This document shows positions 52,511-60,647 of a stretch of DNA of 64,000 bases, piece by piece; within the stretch, counting starts at the first letter, position 1; each line of letters begins with the position of its first letter. Position numbers and translations under genes: made by a program. Origin of the DNA: a virus. The stretch lies in IMG/VR virus record IMGVR_UViG_3300048837_000984, positions 32,001 to 96,000 of that record. One strand, written 5' to 3'. The notes below the pieces were generated by a model. That model worked only from the letters and a program-made list of their open reading frames with translations, did not search any database and was not told where the DNA came from.

Positions 52511-52722
52511 CCCCTCACCTCCTGCCTCCCTGTCCCACGGCATTCCCAGCATGGCACAAGCTCAACTGTTGGGCACCCGTTCCACCAGTCAGCCTTGCCT
52601 CCTGTCTCGTCACAGCCAAAGATAAAGCACCGGCAGACGTACCGCACCTTTCGCCCCAGGCAGTGGGGGCAGTCCAGGCGACTTCGCTCCGGTGCCGGGC
52701 TGTTGGCTTTTGGCTTGTCCAC
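52507..52722 (-). CDS. Small Cys-rich protein (71 aa)
   Basis: CPHC...CWECRGTG; GGAGG SD. Confidence 0.7.
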   Translation of the reverse strand: MDKPKANSPAPERSRLDCPHCLGRKVRYVCRCFIFGCDETGGKADWWNGCPTVELVPCWECRGTGRQEVRG

Positions 52723-52725
52723 GGC

Positions 52726-53496
52726 TCACCTCCTCTCCGTCAGTAGGTCGATTGCCCAGCATCCCCGGTAGTGCGGCCCCTCGGATCGCAGGTGGGCGAG
52801 CAGGGGGTGCGGCAACTGCAGCCGTCCGCCACACTCATCGCACAATTTCGTCCGCGACGCAGGCACCTTCCTGTTTCCGCCAAGGCTCCCAGTGCCACCG
52901 CACCGGCAGCATGTCTCGTCGGTCGGCAACCCCGCATCAATCAGCGCGTCACTCAGCACCAGCAGCCTGTCCGGGTCTAGGGTACCGTCCTCGCAGCGTT
53001 CCTGGTACGCGGCTTCGGCGAGGGAGAGGACGAGGGGCGTGAGGACAGGGGAGGGTCCGTGCCCGGTGCCGTGGCAGGTGTCGCAGTTACGCGAGTCGGG
53101 CGGAACATCCCTTTGCTGGTAATACCGGAGGATGACCTTGCCGAAGCCCTTGCACTTCCCGCACACCTCCCCCACCGGCAGCGTGACCGGGCGGAAGGGG
53201 TTGCCGAGCACCTCACGGACAGCATCAGCGACCGTGCCCGCGTCTGTGTCCAGGGCGAAGTGGTAGTCGTCGTAATCGCCCTTGCTGCCTTCCCACTGGA
53301 CGTTGGCCGTCAGCCTGCGTCCGCCAGGAGAACTGGTCCACCGAATCCCGCGAATATTGGTAAAGTCCTCGTTGCGCAGCATTGCGTACCCGACCAGCAG
53401 CAATTTCCGTTCGCTGGGCTTGTACTGAGGTGTGTGAACGACGAAAGACATCATCGCCACCGGGTCCGTACTCGCCAGCCATTCCTGCTCTGTCAC
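52726..53496 (-). CDS. Family A protein with two Zn-finger inserts
   Basis: MTEQEWL...VREVLGNPFRP...LLVLSDALIDAG...HLRSEGPHYRGCWAIDLL. Confidence 0.85.
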   Translation of the reverse strand: MTEQEWLASTDPVAMMSFVVHTPQYKPSERKLLLVGYAMLRNEDFTNIRGIRWTSSPGGRRLTANVQWEGSKGDYDDYHFALDTDAGTVADAVREVLGNPFRPVTLPVGEVCGKCKGFGKVILRYYQQRDVPPDSRNCDTCHGTGHGPSPVLTPLVLSLAEAAYQERCEDGTLDPDRLLVLSDALIDAGLPTDETCCRCGGTGSLGGNRKVPASRTKLCDECGGRLQLPHPLLAHLRSEGPHYRGCWAIDLLTERR

Positions 53497-53500
53497 AATC

Positions 53501-53665
53501 TCACCTCCTGTCCCCTGGTGTAGTCCAGTCGTGCAGCCACTCACCGAAAGAATCCACAGAGCGAATGGTTCCGAACAAGCTGATAAAGCGGCACACCTGC
53601 ATTACCGGGTGGGCAATCAGGTTGTGTATTGCCCACCAAAATTCTCGATGCAGAAATTCCGTCAC
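53501..53665 (-). CDS. Hypothetical protein (54 aa)
   Basis: WWAIHNLIAHP...WLHDWT; GTGA overlap. Confidence 0.65.
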   Translation of the reverse strand: MTEFLHREFWWAIHNLIAHPVMQVCRFISLFGTIRSVDSFGEWLHDWTTPGDRR

Positions 53666-54114
53666 CCCCTCACCTCCTGCCTTTGTCCCTGTCCCCTCGC
53701 CCACCGGATCGCCCGGCGGGATGCGTCGTCGATGGCGTCCTGGCGGGTGTCGTAGGGATACCAGTCCCGTTTGCGAAACCACGCTGCCGGTAAGGCGTAT
53801 GGGAGTTCTAAGTGCTGGTAAGCAAACCAGGAATACTTGCCCGCCAATTCCTCTCGAATCCAGTCCGCATGTTCGTCGTCATACTCCGGCTCCCGATCCG
53901 ACAACTCCACCCGCTCCAGTGCCACCCTCCGCACCAGCCCCGGACCCACCTCCAGCCAGTCAGCCAGCGTCCCCCGCCAGACGCCGGTGATGCCCACCTC
54001 GGTGAGCCTCACGCCGTTGTCCTCGCACCAGCCCAGCCAGGCGAACCGGGCTACGGGGTCGCCCTGGTAGTGGGCGTCGAGCAGGGCGGTTTCCAGGTCG
54101 GTGGTTGGTGTCAT
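53662..54114 (-). CDS. TIGR02996-related subfamily B protein
   Basis: LLDAHYQGDPVARFAWLGWCEDNG...DWLEVGPGLV...SDREP...RAIRWAR. Confidence 0.8.
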   Translation of the reverse strand: MTPTTDLETALLDAHYQGDPVARFAWLGWCEDNGVRLTEVGITGVWRGTLADWLEVGPGLVRRVALERVELSDREPEYDDEHADWIREELAGKYSWFAYQHLELPYALPAAWFRKRDWYPYDTRQDAIDDASRRAIRWARGQGQRQEVRG

Positions 54115-54194
54115 CCTCTCCCCTCCCTCCCCACCGTGCCGGTTAGCCGGTCGCGGCTAAACCTCCCGCGACACCCGGCGCGGCGGGGGTGGTT

Positions 54195-55022
54195 TCACTG
54201 GCCTTGTTTCTTTGCCGCCTCAAGTATCACGTTTAGGTCTGCGGCACTGATCTCCTGAGACGACGGACGCAGGGCCAGAGGCAGCCCCTCCCCGTACAAC
54301 TCTGCCCACCTCGCCAACGCCGCATCGACCATCTCGCCGAGCGAGGCGGGACTGTCCTCGGTGCCGATGCCGACGTGGTTCGGCTTGTCGCTGTCAATCG
54401 GCTTGTTCCACACGACCACCACTTCCCGCTTGTTCGTCGCCGGGTGGCAGATGTCGATCAACTCCAGCATCTCGGCGTCCTGGCAGCCTTCGACGCTGAC
54501 GACTGCCGTGCGGAATCCTTCGCGCTGCTGCACCCACGCCCGCAGCCGGGACAGGGCGGATTCCTCGGACTGCTCGCGGAGTCGGGCGTTCTCGGCACGC
54601 AGGCGGTCCAGTTCCGCCTTCATCCCCTCGAACGCGCCCCATGCGTACCCGCACAGCCACACGTCATGCGGGCAGTGTTCCGGCTCTGCCGATTCCGGCA
54701 AGCCGTCCTTCGCGGCCTGATAGCCCGCGTTGAATTCATCGATCTCCTCAGCGTACTCACGACGAGACTGGGCAAGTTCTGCCTCTACCGCCTGGCACCG
54801 CCTGATCCAGTACGGCAGGGCTTCGCGGGACTCACAGATAAAGCAGGCGTTGTAAACCATCTGCTCGACGGAATGCTCTTTGCAATCCATGTTGGCGATG
54901 ATTGGTCCGTAGCCCCGTTCGTCTTCCGGCTCTCGGACTGAGTACCCGCTGACGGATTCCCACGGTCCCGGCGTTGCCGCATTGCACAACTCCAGGTCCT
55001 TCTCGGTGTCTCGCTCGCTCAT
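54195..55022 (-). CDS. Modular protein: N-terminal phage domain + Rmf-like segment + family D C-terminal domain
   Basis: NAATPGPWE; FNAGYQAA...WLCGYAWG; GEMVDAALARW. Confidence 0.7.
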   Translation of the reverse strand: MSERDTEKDLELCNAATPGPWESVSGYSVREPEDERGYGPIIANMDCKEHSVEQMVYNACFICESREALPYWIRRCQAVEAELAQSRREYAEEIDEFNAGYQAAKDGLPESAEPEHCPHDVWLCGYAWGAFEGMKAELDRLRAENARLREQSEESALSRLRAWVQQREGFRTAVVSVEGCQDAEMLELIDICHPATNKREVVVVWNKPIDSDKPNHVGIGTEDSPASLGEMVDAALARWAELYGEGLPLALRPSSQEISAADLNVILEAAKKQGQ

Positions 55023-55477
55023 CCCTGTGTCTCCTCCGTGTAAATCGCCTTGATGTTGTCGAGGGCGACTTCGGCAGTGTCGAATGGGCTCGCACCAAGG
55101 AAAACATTCACGCCGTTAGCAGAGCGTGTCACAAAGTGGAACGTGCCGTGAATAACGCCACCGTTGTTCTGGACCAGTTCCACCTTCGTCCCGATCGCCG
55201 TCTTCAGGATCAGGTCTTCCTTGCTGACCTCCACTCGCCTGGGTGGCCGGTGGAGGAGGAGAATCGTGACTGAACTGCGACCAGTAGTGACCGCATCGAT
55301 GGGTCTGTTGAGATTTGCGCCGGTGTCGAAAATAATTGAGTTGAACCAGAGGCAGTCTACCACGCCCTCGTCAATCTCCTTGTAGCCGCTGGGCCAGACC
55401 CGGGTAATCCGGACCGTGTCACCCTTGAGGACCTCATTCGGTGCAATAGGCTTGCCGCCGTTACATGCGTCAGTCAT
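55019..55477 (-). CDS. Hypothetical protein, paralog of 55853..56263
   Basis: VLKGDTVRIT...ILLHRPPRRVEVSKEDL. Confidence 0.7.
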   Translation of the reverse strand: MTDACNGGKPIAPNEVLKGDTVRITRVWPSGYKEIDEGVVDCLWFNSIIFDTGANLNRPIDAVTTGRSSVTILLLHRPPRRVEVSKEDLILKTAIGTKVELVQNNGGVIHGTFHFVTRSANGVNVFLGASPFDTAEVALDNIKAIYTEETQG

Positions 55478-55856
55478 TGTCTTCATCCTTAGAAGGGGTT
55501 TCGAACAGGAAAACAGTGTCCTGGTTAGGGGCTGAAAGCATCCACTCAGCCAACTCGCTATCCGCGACAAAGAGACGTAAGACCACCTCGTCGGTGAGAC
55601 GCCATTCCAGAGCCACCTCGGCAGAGGGTTCCCAGAAATAGATGTCGTCAGGGTACCGCATCTTCTGAAGTCGCGGGAGGAGAGTCCGAACCAGGTCCTT
55701 CTGGAACTCGGTAAAGTCACCCTGCGAATCCAGGTCGGCGATCGTCGTCAAGATGGTCCCCCACCTCACGTCCTGCTCGCCGACCTGGAGTTGCTCGATC
55801 GTCTTATGTATTCGCCCGGGACGCATAAAGCGTAGGCCCTCAAAAAGTACTATCAC
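55470..55856 (-). CDS. Hypothetical protein (128 aa)
   Basis: Packed ORF with overlaps. Confidence 0.7.
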   Translation of the reverse strand: MIVLFEGLRFMRPGRIHKTIEQLQVGEQDVRWGTILTTIADLDSQGDFTEFQKDLVRTLLPRLQKMRYPDDIYFWEPSAEVALEWRLTDEVVLRLFVADSELAEWMLSAPNQDTVFLFETPSKDEDND

Positions 55857-56263
55857 TCTTCAATCCAGAGCTTCTCGACATCGTCCAGGGAACACTCCGT
55901 TAATGATGCAAAATCGAACATCCAGGACTTGCTGCTGCGCCAGACAATGCCGAAGATCCCGGTAATGTCGACCGTTTTGTCCTTGAACCGAACGACCAGG
56001 GTAGCCCCCGACTGGACGTTGTAGATCAGCTCCTCTTTCGTGATCTCGCGTCGCTTCTTTGCCCGGTGGAGGAGGATAATCTTCGTACCAGAATCAACCG
56101 GGACCCATTGCTTCTGGTAGCTGTACTTGAGCCAGACGCCCCCGGGCCTGACGCCGACCAAAGTACCGGTCTCGGTCCTTGTGTACTCCCCGTCGAAGTA
56201 TGTGTTGGTGACCTGGATCTTGTCGTTGACCTGAAGCTCTCCGACCTTGACTTCCTTACTCAT
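55853..56263 (-). CDS. Hypothetical protein (136 aa)
   Basis: LQVNDKIQVT...ILLHRAKKRREITKEEL; AGGAG SD. Confidence 0.75.
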   Translation of the reverse strand: MSKEVKVGELQVNDKIQVTNTYFDGEYTRTETGTLVGVRPGGVWLKYSYQKQWVPVDSGTKIILLHRAKKRREITKEELIYNVQSGATLVVRFKDKTVDITGIFGIVWRSSKSWMFDFASLTECSLDDVEKLWIEE

Positions 56264-56283
56264 TGCCGTCTCCTTGTGGTGGT

Positions 56284-56490
56284 TTACGAGCTGAAACGCA
56301 ACGCCACAGTCTGCTTCCGGAGTCGCCGATGTCTTACGGCTTCCTCTCCATTAAACTTGAACCGGCACCGCATCCCGTACACCGCCGCATACGACAGAAA
56401 CTGACCGGGAGCCTCTCGCTGAAGACGCTGGTTTCGCTTCAGCGCCTTTCTTGCCTTGAGGAGTTCCTCATCACTCTTCTTTTTAGCCAT
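56284..56490 (-). CDS. Basic hypothetical protein (68 aa)
   Basis: TGATG overlap. Confidence 0.65.
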   Translation of the reverse strand: MAKKKSDEELLKARKALKRNQRLQREAPGQFLSYAAVYGMRCRFKFNGEEAVRHRRLRKQTVALRFSS

Positions 56491-56744
56491 CAGACAGCCT
56501 CGTGACCCTGGTCGTTGTTCGCGCGGATTGCGTCGGCGATCTCTTTCTGGTTGTTATCCCAGTACTCACTGGCAGCTAAGAGATCATCGAACGTGAGAAA
56601 CGGAAAATAGTCTGGACCCATGACGTCTGTGAAATACACGTCATGGGTCCACAGCTCTGCCAGTTGCCACACGGCAACCCGGGTATCCCGGATACAGGCT
56701 TCCCCGCCCATCACTCCAGGAGTCTTCTTGATTAGACTACTCAT
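56490..56744 (-). CDS. DUF433-like protein
   Basis: IKKTPGVMGGEACIRDTRVAV...LTFDDLLAASEY. Confidence 0.75.
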   Translation of the reverse strand: MSSLIKKTPGVMGGEACIRDTRVAVWQLAELWTHDVYFTDVMGPDYFPFLTFDDLLAASEYWDNNQKEIADAIRANNDQGHEAV

Positions 56745-56770
56745 CCTAACCCTTCCACTTCTTTTAGCTG

Positions 56771-57142
56771 TCAAGCGGTACCCGGATACCGTTGCTCCCA
56801 CTCCCGCAACGCCGCGTCGACCAGCTGACCGAACGTCGGCGGGTTCTCCGGGGAACCCACAACCGTGATGTTCTCGTCTTCAGCGTCCAGGCCCACAAAG
56901 ATGCTCAAGACCCGGTTATTGGCATCCGTGCCGATGATGTGGAGGAGCTGGTCGTCCAGGCTGTAGTAGCGACCGCTCTGGGCACTCTTCCACTCCCGCA
57001 GGCGAGCGTGGGCTGTAACCTCGAGTCGGTCTTGCAGATGTTGCTTGAGCCAGTAAGACAGAGCCTCAGCCATGAAGTCGAAGGCGTCGTTCTTCTCTTC
57101 GAACGTACCCAGCTTGTCCAGGTCTTCCTGTGCATTACGCAT
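56771..57142 (-). CDS. Family D protein
   Basis: RLREW...GSPENPPTFGQLVDAALREW. Confidence 0.7.
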   Translation of the reverse strand: MRNAQEDLDKLGTFEEKNDAFDFMAEALSYWLKQHLQDRLEVTAHARLREWKSAQSGRYYSLDDQLLHIIGTDANNRVLSIFVGLDAEDENITVVGSPENPPTFGQLVDAALREWEQRYPGTA

Positions 57143-57702
57143 TACTCAGTCTCTTTAGGTTTGATAGGTGGCTGAAGCCTACATGGCTCCAGCTTTTCAC
57201 CTAGAAGAAATCGCTTTGTACGGTCGACCGCCCAGTGCCAACAGGCGTGAGCCAGCGCGTCCTGGGGGCTTGGGATCGAGGTTTCCGTGCCCGAGCTGGC
57301 ACGGATTTGCGCTGAATCGTCACCGGCGTAAAAGGTTTCCAACCGCCAGTTTGGCAGGAACTGCAGTACCTCGAGCGGCACTTCGGAATCGTCGTCTTCT
57401 ATGTCGTCGGCAGTGAAACTCCACCAGTAGCCGCGATAGGTGAGACGATCTTCAATGTACAGAGAGTCTTCATCCACAACACCTAGGACAACCGCATCCA
57501 TATGGTTGGCTAGCCAGTCCTCTATCGGGAACTCTAGCCGGTTGTGGGTCATTGTCAGCCAGGTCTGTAGCTGGTTGATCTGGTCTACCTGGTCAGGATA
57601 GTTCTCAACCAGGTAGTCATGGAAAACCGCAATGGTGGCCTGGGTGTCTTTCCGTGCTAGCAGAGACTCGACGAACGAGACCACCAGTGGGTCATCTTTC
57701 AT
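57142..57702 (-). CDS. TIGR02996-related subfamily C protein
   Basis: FVESLLARKDTQATIAVFHDYLVENY...DRLTY...WW...VPLEVL...ACWHWA. Confidence 0.75.
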   Translation of the reverse strand: MKDDPLVVSFVESLLARKDTQATIAVFHDYLVENYPDQVDQINQLQTWLTMTHNRLEFPIEDWLANHMDAVVLGVVDEDSLYIEDRLTYRGYWWSFTADDIEDDDSEVPLEVLQFLPNWRLETFYAGDDSAQIRASSGTETSIPSPQDALAHACWHWAVDRTKRFLLGEKLEPCRLQPPIKPKETE

Positions 57703-57941
57703 ACGTAGTCCTCTGGTTTGGCCAACCTGGCTGAGACAGTCCGGCCGTTACGGTTGTCGATAACCAGCAACGCGATTCGCAGGATTTTTGCGCCCGTGAG
57801 TGTCGAATTTACCCACCGGGCGACACGTCGGATGGCGACAGTCATCCCGTCAGGACAGCCAAACACGTTCAAGGACAGACTTTTCTTCATTTCCTCGTGC
57901 AGGTAAAGAATCTCAGCCCGCAGGTGGGTATTACATTTCAT
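57699..57941 (-). CDS. Hypothetical protein (80 aa)
   Basis: AAGGA SD; ATGA overlap. Confidence 0.6.
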   Translation of the reverse strand: MKCNTHLRAEILYLHEEMKKSLSLNVFGCPDGMTVAIRRVARWVNSTLTGAKILRIALLVIDNRNGRTVSARLAKPEDYV

Positions 57942-57965
57942 ACTGGGTTCCTTTCTGCAGAGTGA

Positions 57966-58487
57966 TCAGTCTTCGATCTCGAAAAACTCCCTGAAACTGT
58001 GAACCGCCCAATGCCAGCACGCCTTGTTCAGGTCTTTCAGTGCCAACGCAAGCGAGTACGGATACGGTGGCTCAGCCTTAAAGTAAGATCCGCTGAAATT
58101 GGAAAGGTCTCGCAGCTGCCAACCCACGAGGAAATTCAGGATCTTCAGGGGAACGTGCGACCGGTCGTCTTCGAGTGACGGGTCTAGAAAGCTCCACCAG
58201 CCGGCACCGTAAGGAATCCGGTCCGTAATAACTAGCGTTTTCTCTGACAGGCCCGCATAAAGCACCACAGCTTCCTTGTGGAAGTTCAGCCACTCCTCCA
58301 AGGTAAAGAGCTTCTGTTCGTCTCGCTTGCTCAACAGATAGGGCACGCTCTCCAGGAACAGTGCCTGGCTTACAGCCTTTGGGTAGTTCTCCAGCAAGTA
58401 GTCGCGAAAGATGGCTGCAGTTGTCAGGGTCTCTTTGTGGGCGATAAGGTCGTCTACGAAAGCCTTAACCACGGGGTCATGACTCAA
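57966..58487 (-). CDS. TIGR02996-related subfamily C protein
   Basis: TTG start MSHDPVVKAFVDDLIAHKE; paralog of 57142..57702 and 42996..43487. Confidence 0.75.
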   Translation of the reverse strand: MSHDPVVKAFVDDLIAHKETLTTAAIFRDYLLENYPKAVSQALFLESVPYLLSKRDEQKLFTLEEWLNFHKEAVVLYAGLSEKTLVITDRIPYGAGWWSFLDPSLEDDRSHVPLKILNFLVGWQLRDLSNFSGSYFKAEPPYPYSLALALKDLNKACWHWAVHSFREFFEIED

Positions 58488-58924
58488 GCTTCTTCTCCCA
58501 TTCTTCCAGGGCATCGCCCACCAAATGAGTCAAAGCCTCCACAGGGTTGTCTGAAGCGCCCAGGGAAGGACCCCGGACGATAACATCGTTCTGCTTGTCG
58601 TAGAGCTCCAGAAGTGCGTAACCGGTAGTGGTAGCGTCTGACAGGCAAAAGCCTCCCGCGGCATTGTCATGCTTCCAGGCGGCTAATCGCAGGACCGGGC
58701 TTTGACCCGCTGCGTCAGCCAGATCCGCATTCAGCTTTACCAGGCGCCAGTTGTCCTTGCGGAGCTCGTCGATTCGGGCTCGAAGCTCTTCGTTCAGTTC
58801 GGTTAGACAAAGGTAGCGGTTCTCAACCCAGGAGTCGACCCAGCGCAGAATCCCACCAGCCAGCCAGCCCGATGGCCAGGGCCATAGCTGCCGTGGCCAG
58901 CAACATGTAAACGATATCCATCAT
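58477..58924 (-). pseudogene. Family D membrane-anchored gene frameshifted at (GCTG)3
   Basis: Removing one GCTG unit (58857-58868) gives a 147-aa ORF: TM, coiled coil, ...LVGDALEEWEKKLES. Confidence 0.65.
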
Positions 58925-59235
58925 TCAACCGTCTCCTTGCGAATGTACTTGCGAACGATCTCATCGAACGTTAGCTCTCGCTCGTTGAGTCCGGCCCGGT
59001 TGCCAGAAATGACATCCAGGGCCGTCCAGCCGTCCACTGTCGAAGATCCGAACTTTTCTACCCGCTCAAGGCGCTCGTCGAGCTTTGCGAAGCCTTCCTC
59101 GCCGTACTTGGACTTGTAGTACTCCTTGAACTCCTCAAGCGACATGCCGTAGGTAACCGGAGCGTCCACGATTGTGGACCACTCCAGGTAGTAGGGTACG
59201 CCGTCATCAACAATCTTAACAATGTATCTGGGCAT
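58921..59235 (-). CDS. Hypothetical protein (104 aa)
   Basis: YYLEWSTIVDAPVTYG...NRAG; GGAG SD. Confidence 0.8.
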   Translation of the reverse strand: MPRYIVKIVDDGVPYYLEWSTIVDAPVTYGMSLEEFKEYYKSKYGEEGFAKLDERLERVEKFGSSTVDGWTALDVISGNRAGLNERELTFDEIVRKYIRKETVE

Positions 59236-59237
59236 GA

Positions 59238-59669
59238 TTACTCCTTCGGTCTCTTATGGGGTCGGGCCGTAAAATAGGCCCACAGTATAGCCGTCCGACT
59301 TAGCCAGGCGTTTGCCGCTCTTACGCTAGAAAATTCTTTGCACGCGGAATTGAGAAGATACGGCGGAAGGTGGATTGTTGTCCTACAGCTTGCGTTGTTG
59401 CAACAATACCAACGACAGATTCCGGGCTCGATAAGGTTTACTCTTCTTTCCTGGAAAACCACACGAACTATTGGCATAGCCAGAACCAAGGTCGGACCTT
59501 CGATGTGCCACAATGCCGTGGTCGTTCTGGTAACTATTCTGTCAGCGTTGTCCGGTAAGCTCAGGCCGTGATCCGTGTGGTAGTCCAGCCAGGCTAGCCG
59601 GGCAACTGGGTTGTTGTTGACATAGAAGTCGTGGAGCATCTCGTCCAGGATGTCGCTGTGGTCGGTCAA
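59238..59669 (-). CDS. TIGR02996-related subfamily B protein
   Basis: MLHDFYVNNNPVARLAWLDYHTDHG...AWLSRTAILWA. Confidence 0.75.
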   Translation of the reverse strand: MTDHSDILDEMLHDFYVNNNPVARLAWLDYHTDHGLSLPDNADRIVTRTTTALWHIEGPTLVLAMPIVRVVFQERRVNLIEPGICRWYCCNNASCRTTIHLPPYLLNSACKEFSSVRAANAWLSRTAILWAYFTARPHKRPKE

Positions 59670-59671
59670 CT

Positions 59672-60124
59672 CTAGGCCTCCAACTTAATTTTTAAGTCCG
59701 GACGTGCTTGGCTGTATGCCCACAGGATAGCCGTCCGACTCAGCCAGGCTTTCGCAGCATCCTTGGTCGGGAAACTCTTACTACTGCCTGCCGGGAGCCA
59801 GGCTGACGAGATATGGTAAGAGCAGGAACAGCTGTTAAAGGATCTACATCCGTGCCAGTAATACCTGGAGTCAGTAGGAGCGTTTTGGAGCGGCTCGAGA
59901 TCCCGAAACGTGACCACCAGCAACGGGCATTTCAGGACCTCGAGACGACCAGAATTCACCCATCTCCTGATGTCGCGAGTGATGCTTCTGCACTGCGCGC
60001 TTTTGTCTAGCTCGATGCCGTGGTCGATGTGGTAGTCCAGCCAGGCCTGCCCAGCCACTGGGTTTTCATTGACATAGAAGTCATAGAGCATGTCATCCAG
60101 CATCTTCTGGTGTTGTAGGTCCAT
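59672..60124 (-). CDS. TIGR02996-related subfamily B protein
   Basis: MLYDFYVNENPVAGQAWLDYHIDHG...AWLSRTAILWA; close paralog of its neighbour. Confidence 0.75.
   Translation of the reverse strand: MDLQHQKMLDDMLYDFYVNENPVAGQAWLDYHIDHGIELDKSAQCRSITRDIRRWVNSGRLEVLKCPLLVVTFRDLEPLQNAPTDSRYYWHGCRSFNSCSCSYHISSAWLPAGSSKSFPTKDAAKAWLSRTAILWAYSQARPDLKIKLEA
59683..59697 (-). promoter_or_regulatory. 15-bp palindromic motif ACTTAAAAATTAAGT
   Basis: Exact copy in the last codons of 59672..60124, followed by GGAGG. Confidence 0.7.
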
Positions 60125-60608
60125 GGGATCCTTTCGATGGAAGTACTTGATTGGTCAGATACTTGCGAGGCGTGGGCGGATACATCTCTAGCAGGTGGAC
60201 AGGTTGATTGCGATAAAACCTGAGGTAGAAAGCAAGAGCGCCAGAGATATCGAGAAAGCTGTAATAAGGTACCTTGCTAGTCAAGTAAAAAGTTGAGTGA
60301 AACGTGGCTCGGGCGTATCTGTAATCCGTGTCGCTCTCAAAAGGTGTCGACCCGGGCCAGTAGTGGAACCAGTAGTCTTTGTGGGGTGGCCAGACCCACC
60401 AAATGCAGCCACTGTTAACACCCGCCAACTGAGGAGTGCGCACAAACGGCCAATGGTTGTGGTCGTACAGGAACCGCCAGGCTGCCGCAGTGATGTTATC
60501 GCCCTGATCTTCGCAGAAGTCTGACGCAACAAGAACCGTTGTCCAGTCAGGCTCACCTTCTTCAGAGGTCGCAGCGACCACAGCCTGGAACATGTCGTCG
60601 GCGGTCAT
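60093..60608 (-). CDS. TIGR02996-like protein
   Basis: MFQAVVAA...PDWTTVLVASDFCEDQG...AAAWR. Confidence 0.7.
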   Translation of the reverse strand: MTADDMFQAVVAATSEEGEPDWTTVLVASDFCEDQGDNITAAAWRFLYDHNHWPFVRTPQLAGVNSGCIWWVWPPHKDYWFHYWPGSTPFESDTDYRYARATFHSTFYLTSKVPYYSFLDISGALAFYLRFYRNQPVHLLEMYPPTPRKYLTNQVLPSKGSHGPTTPEDAG

Positions 60609-60647
60609 TGTGCCTCCGCTTGCCTATAGGTGCGATCTCTCACTGAC

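Noticed and set aside
40732-53496. Calling family A 'SMI1/KNR4' or the Zn inserts 'DnaJ'
   Set aside because: No SMI1/KNR4 core motifs or J-domain HPD were seen; only isolated CxxCxGxG fingers.
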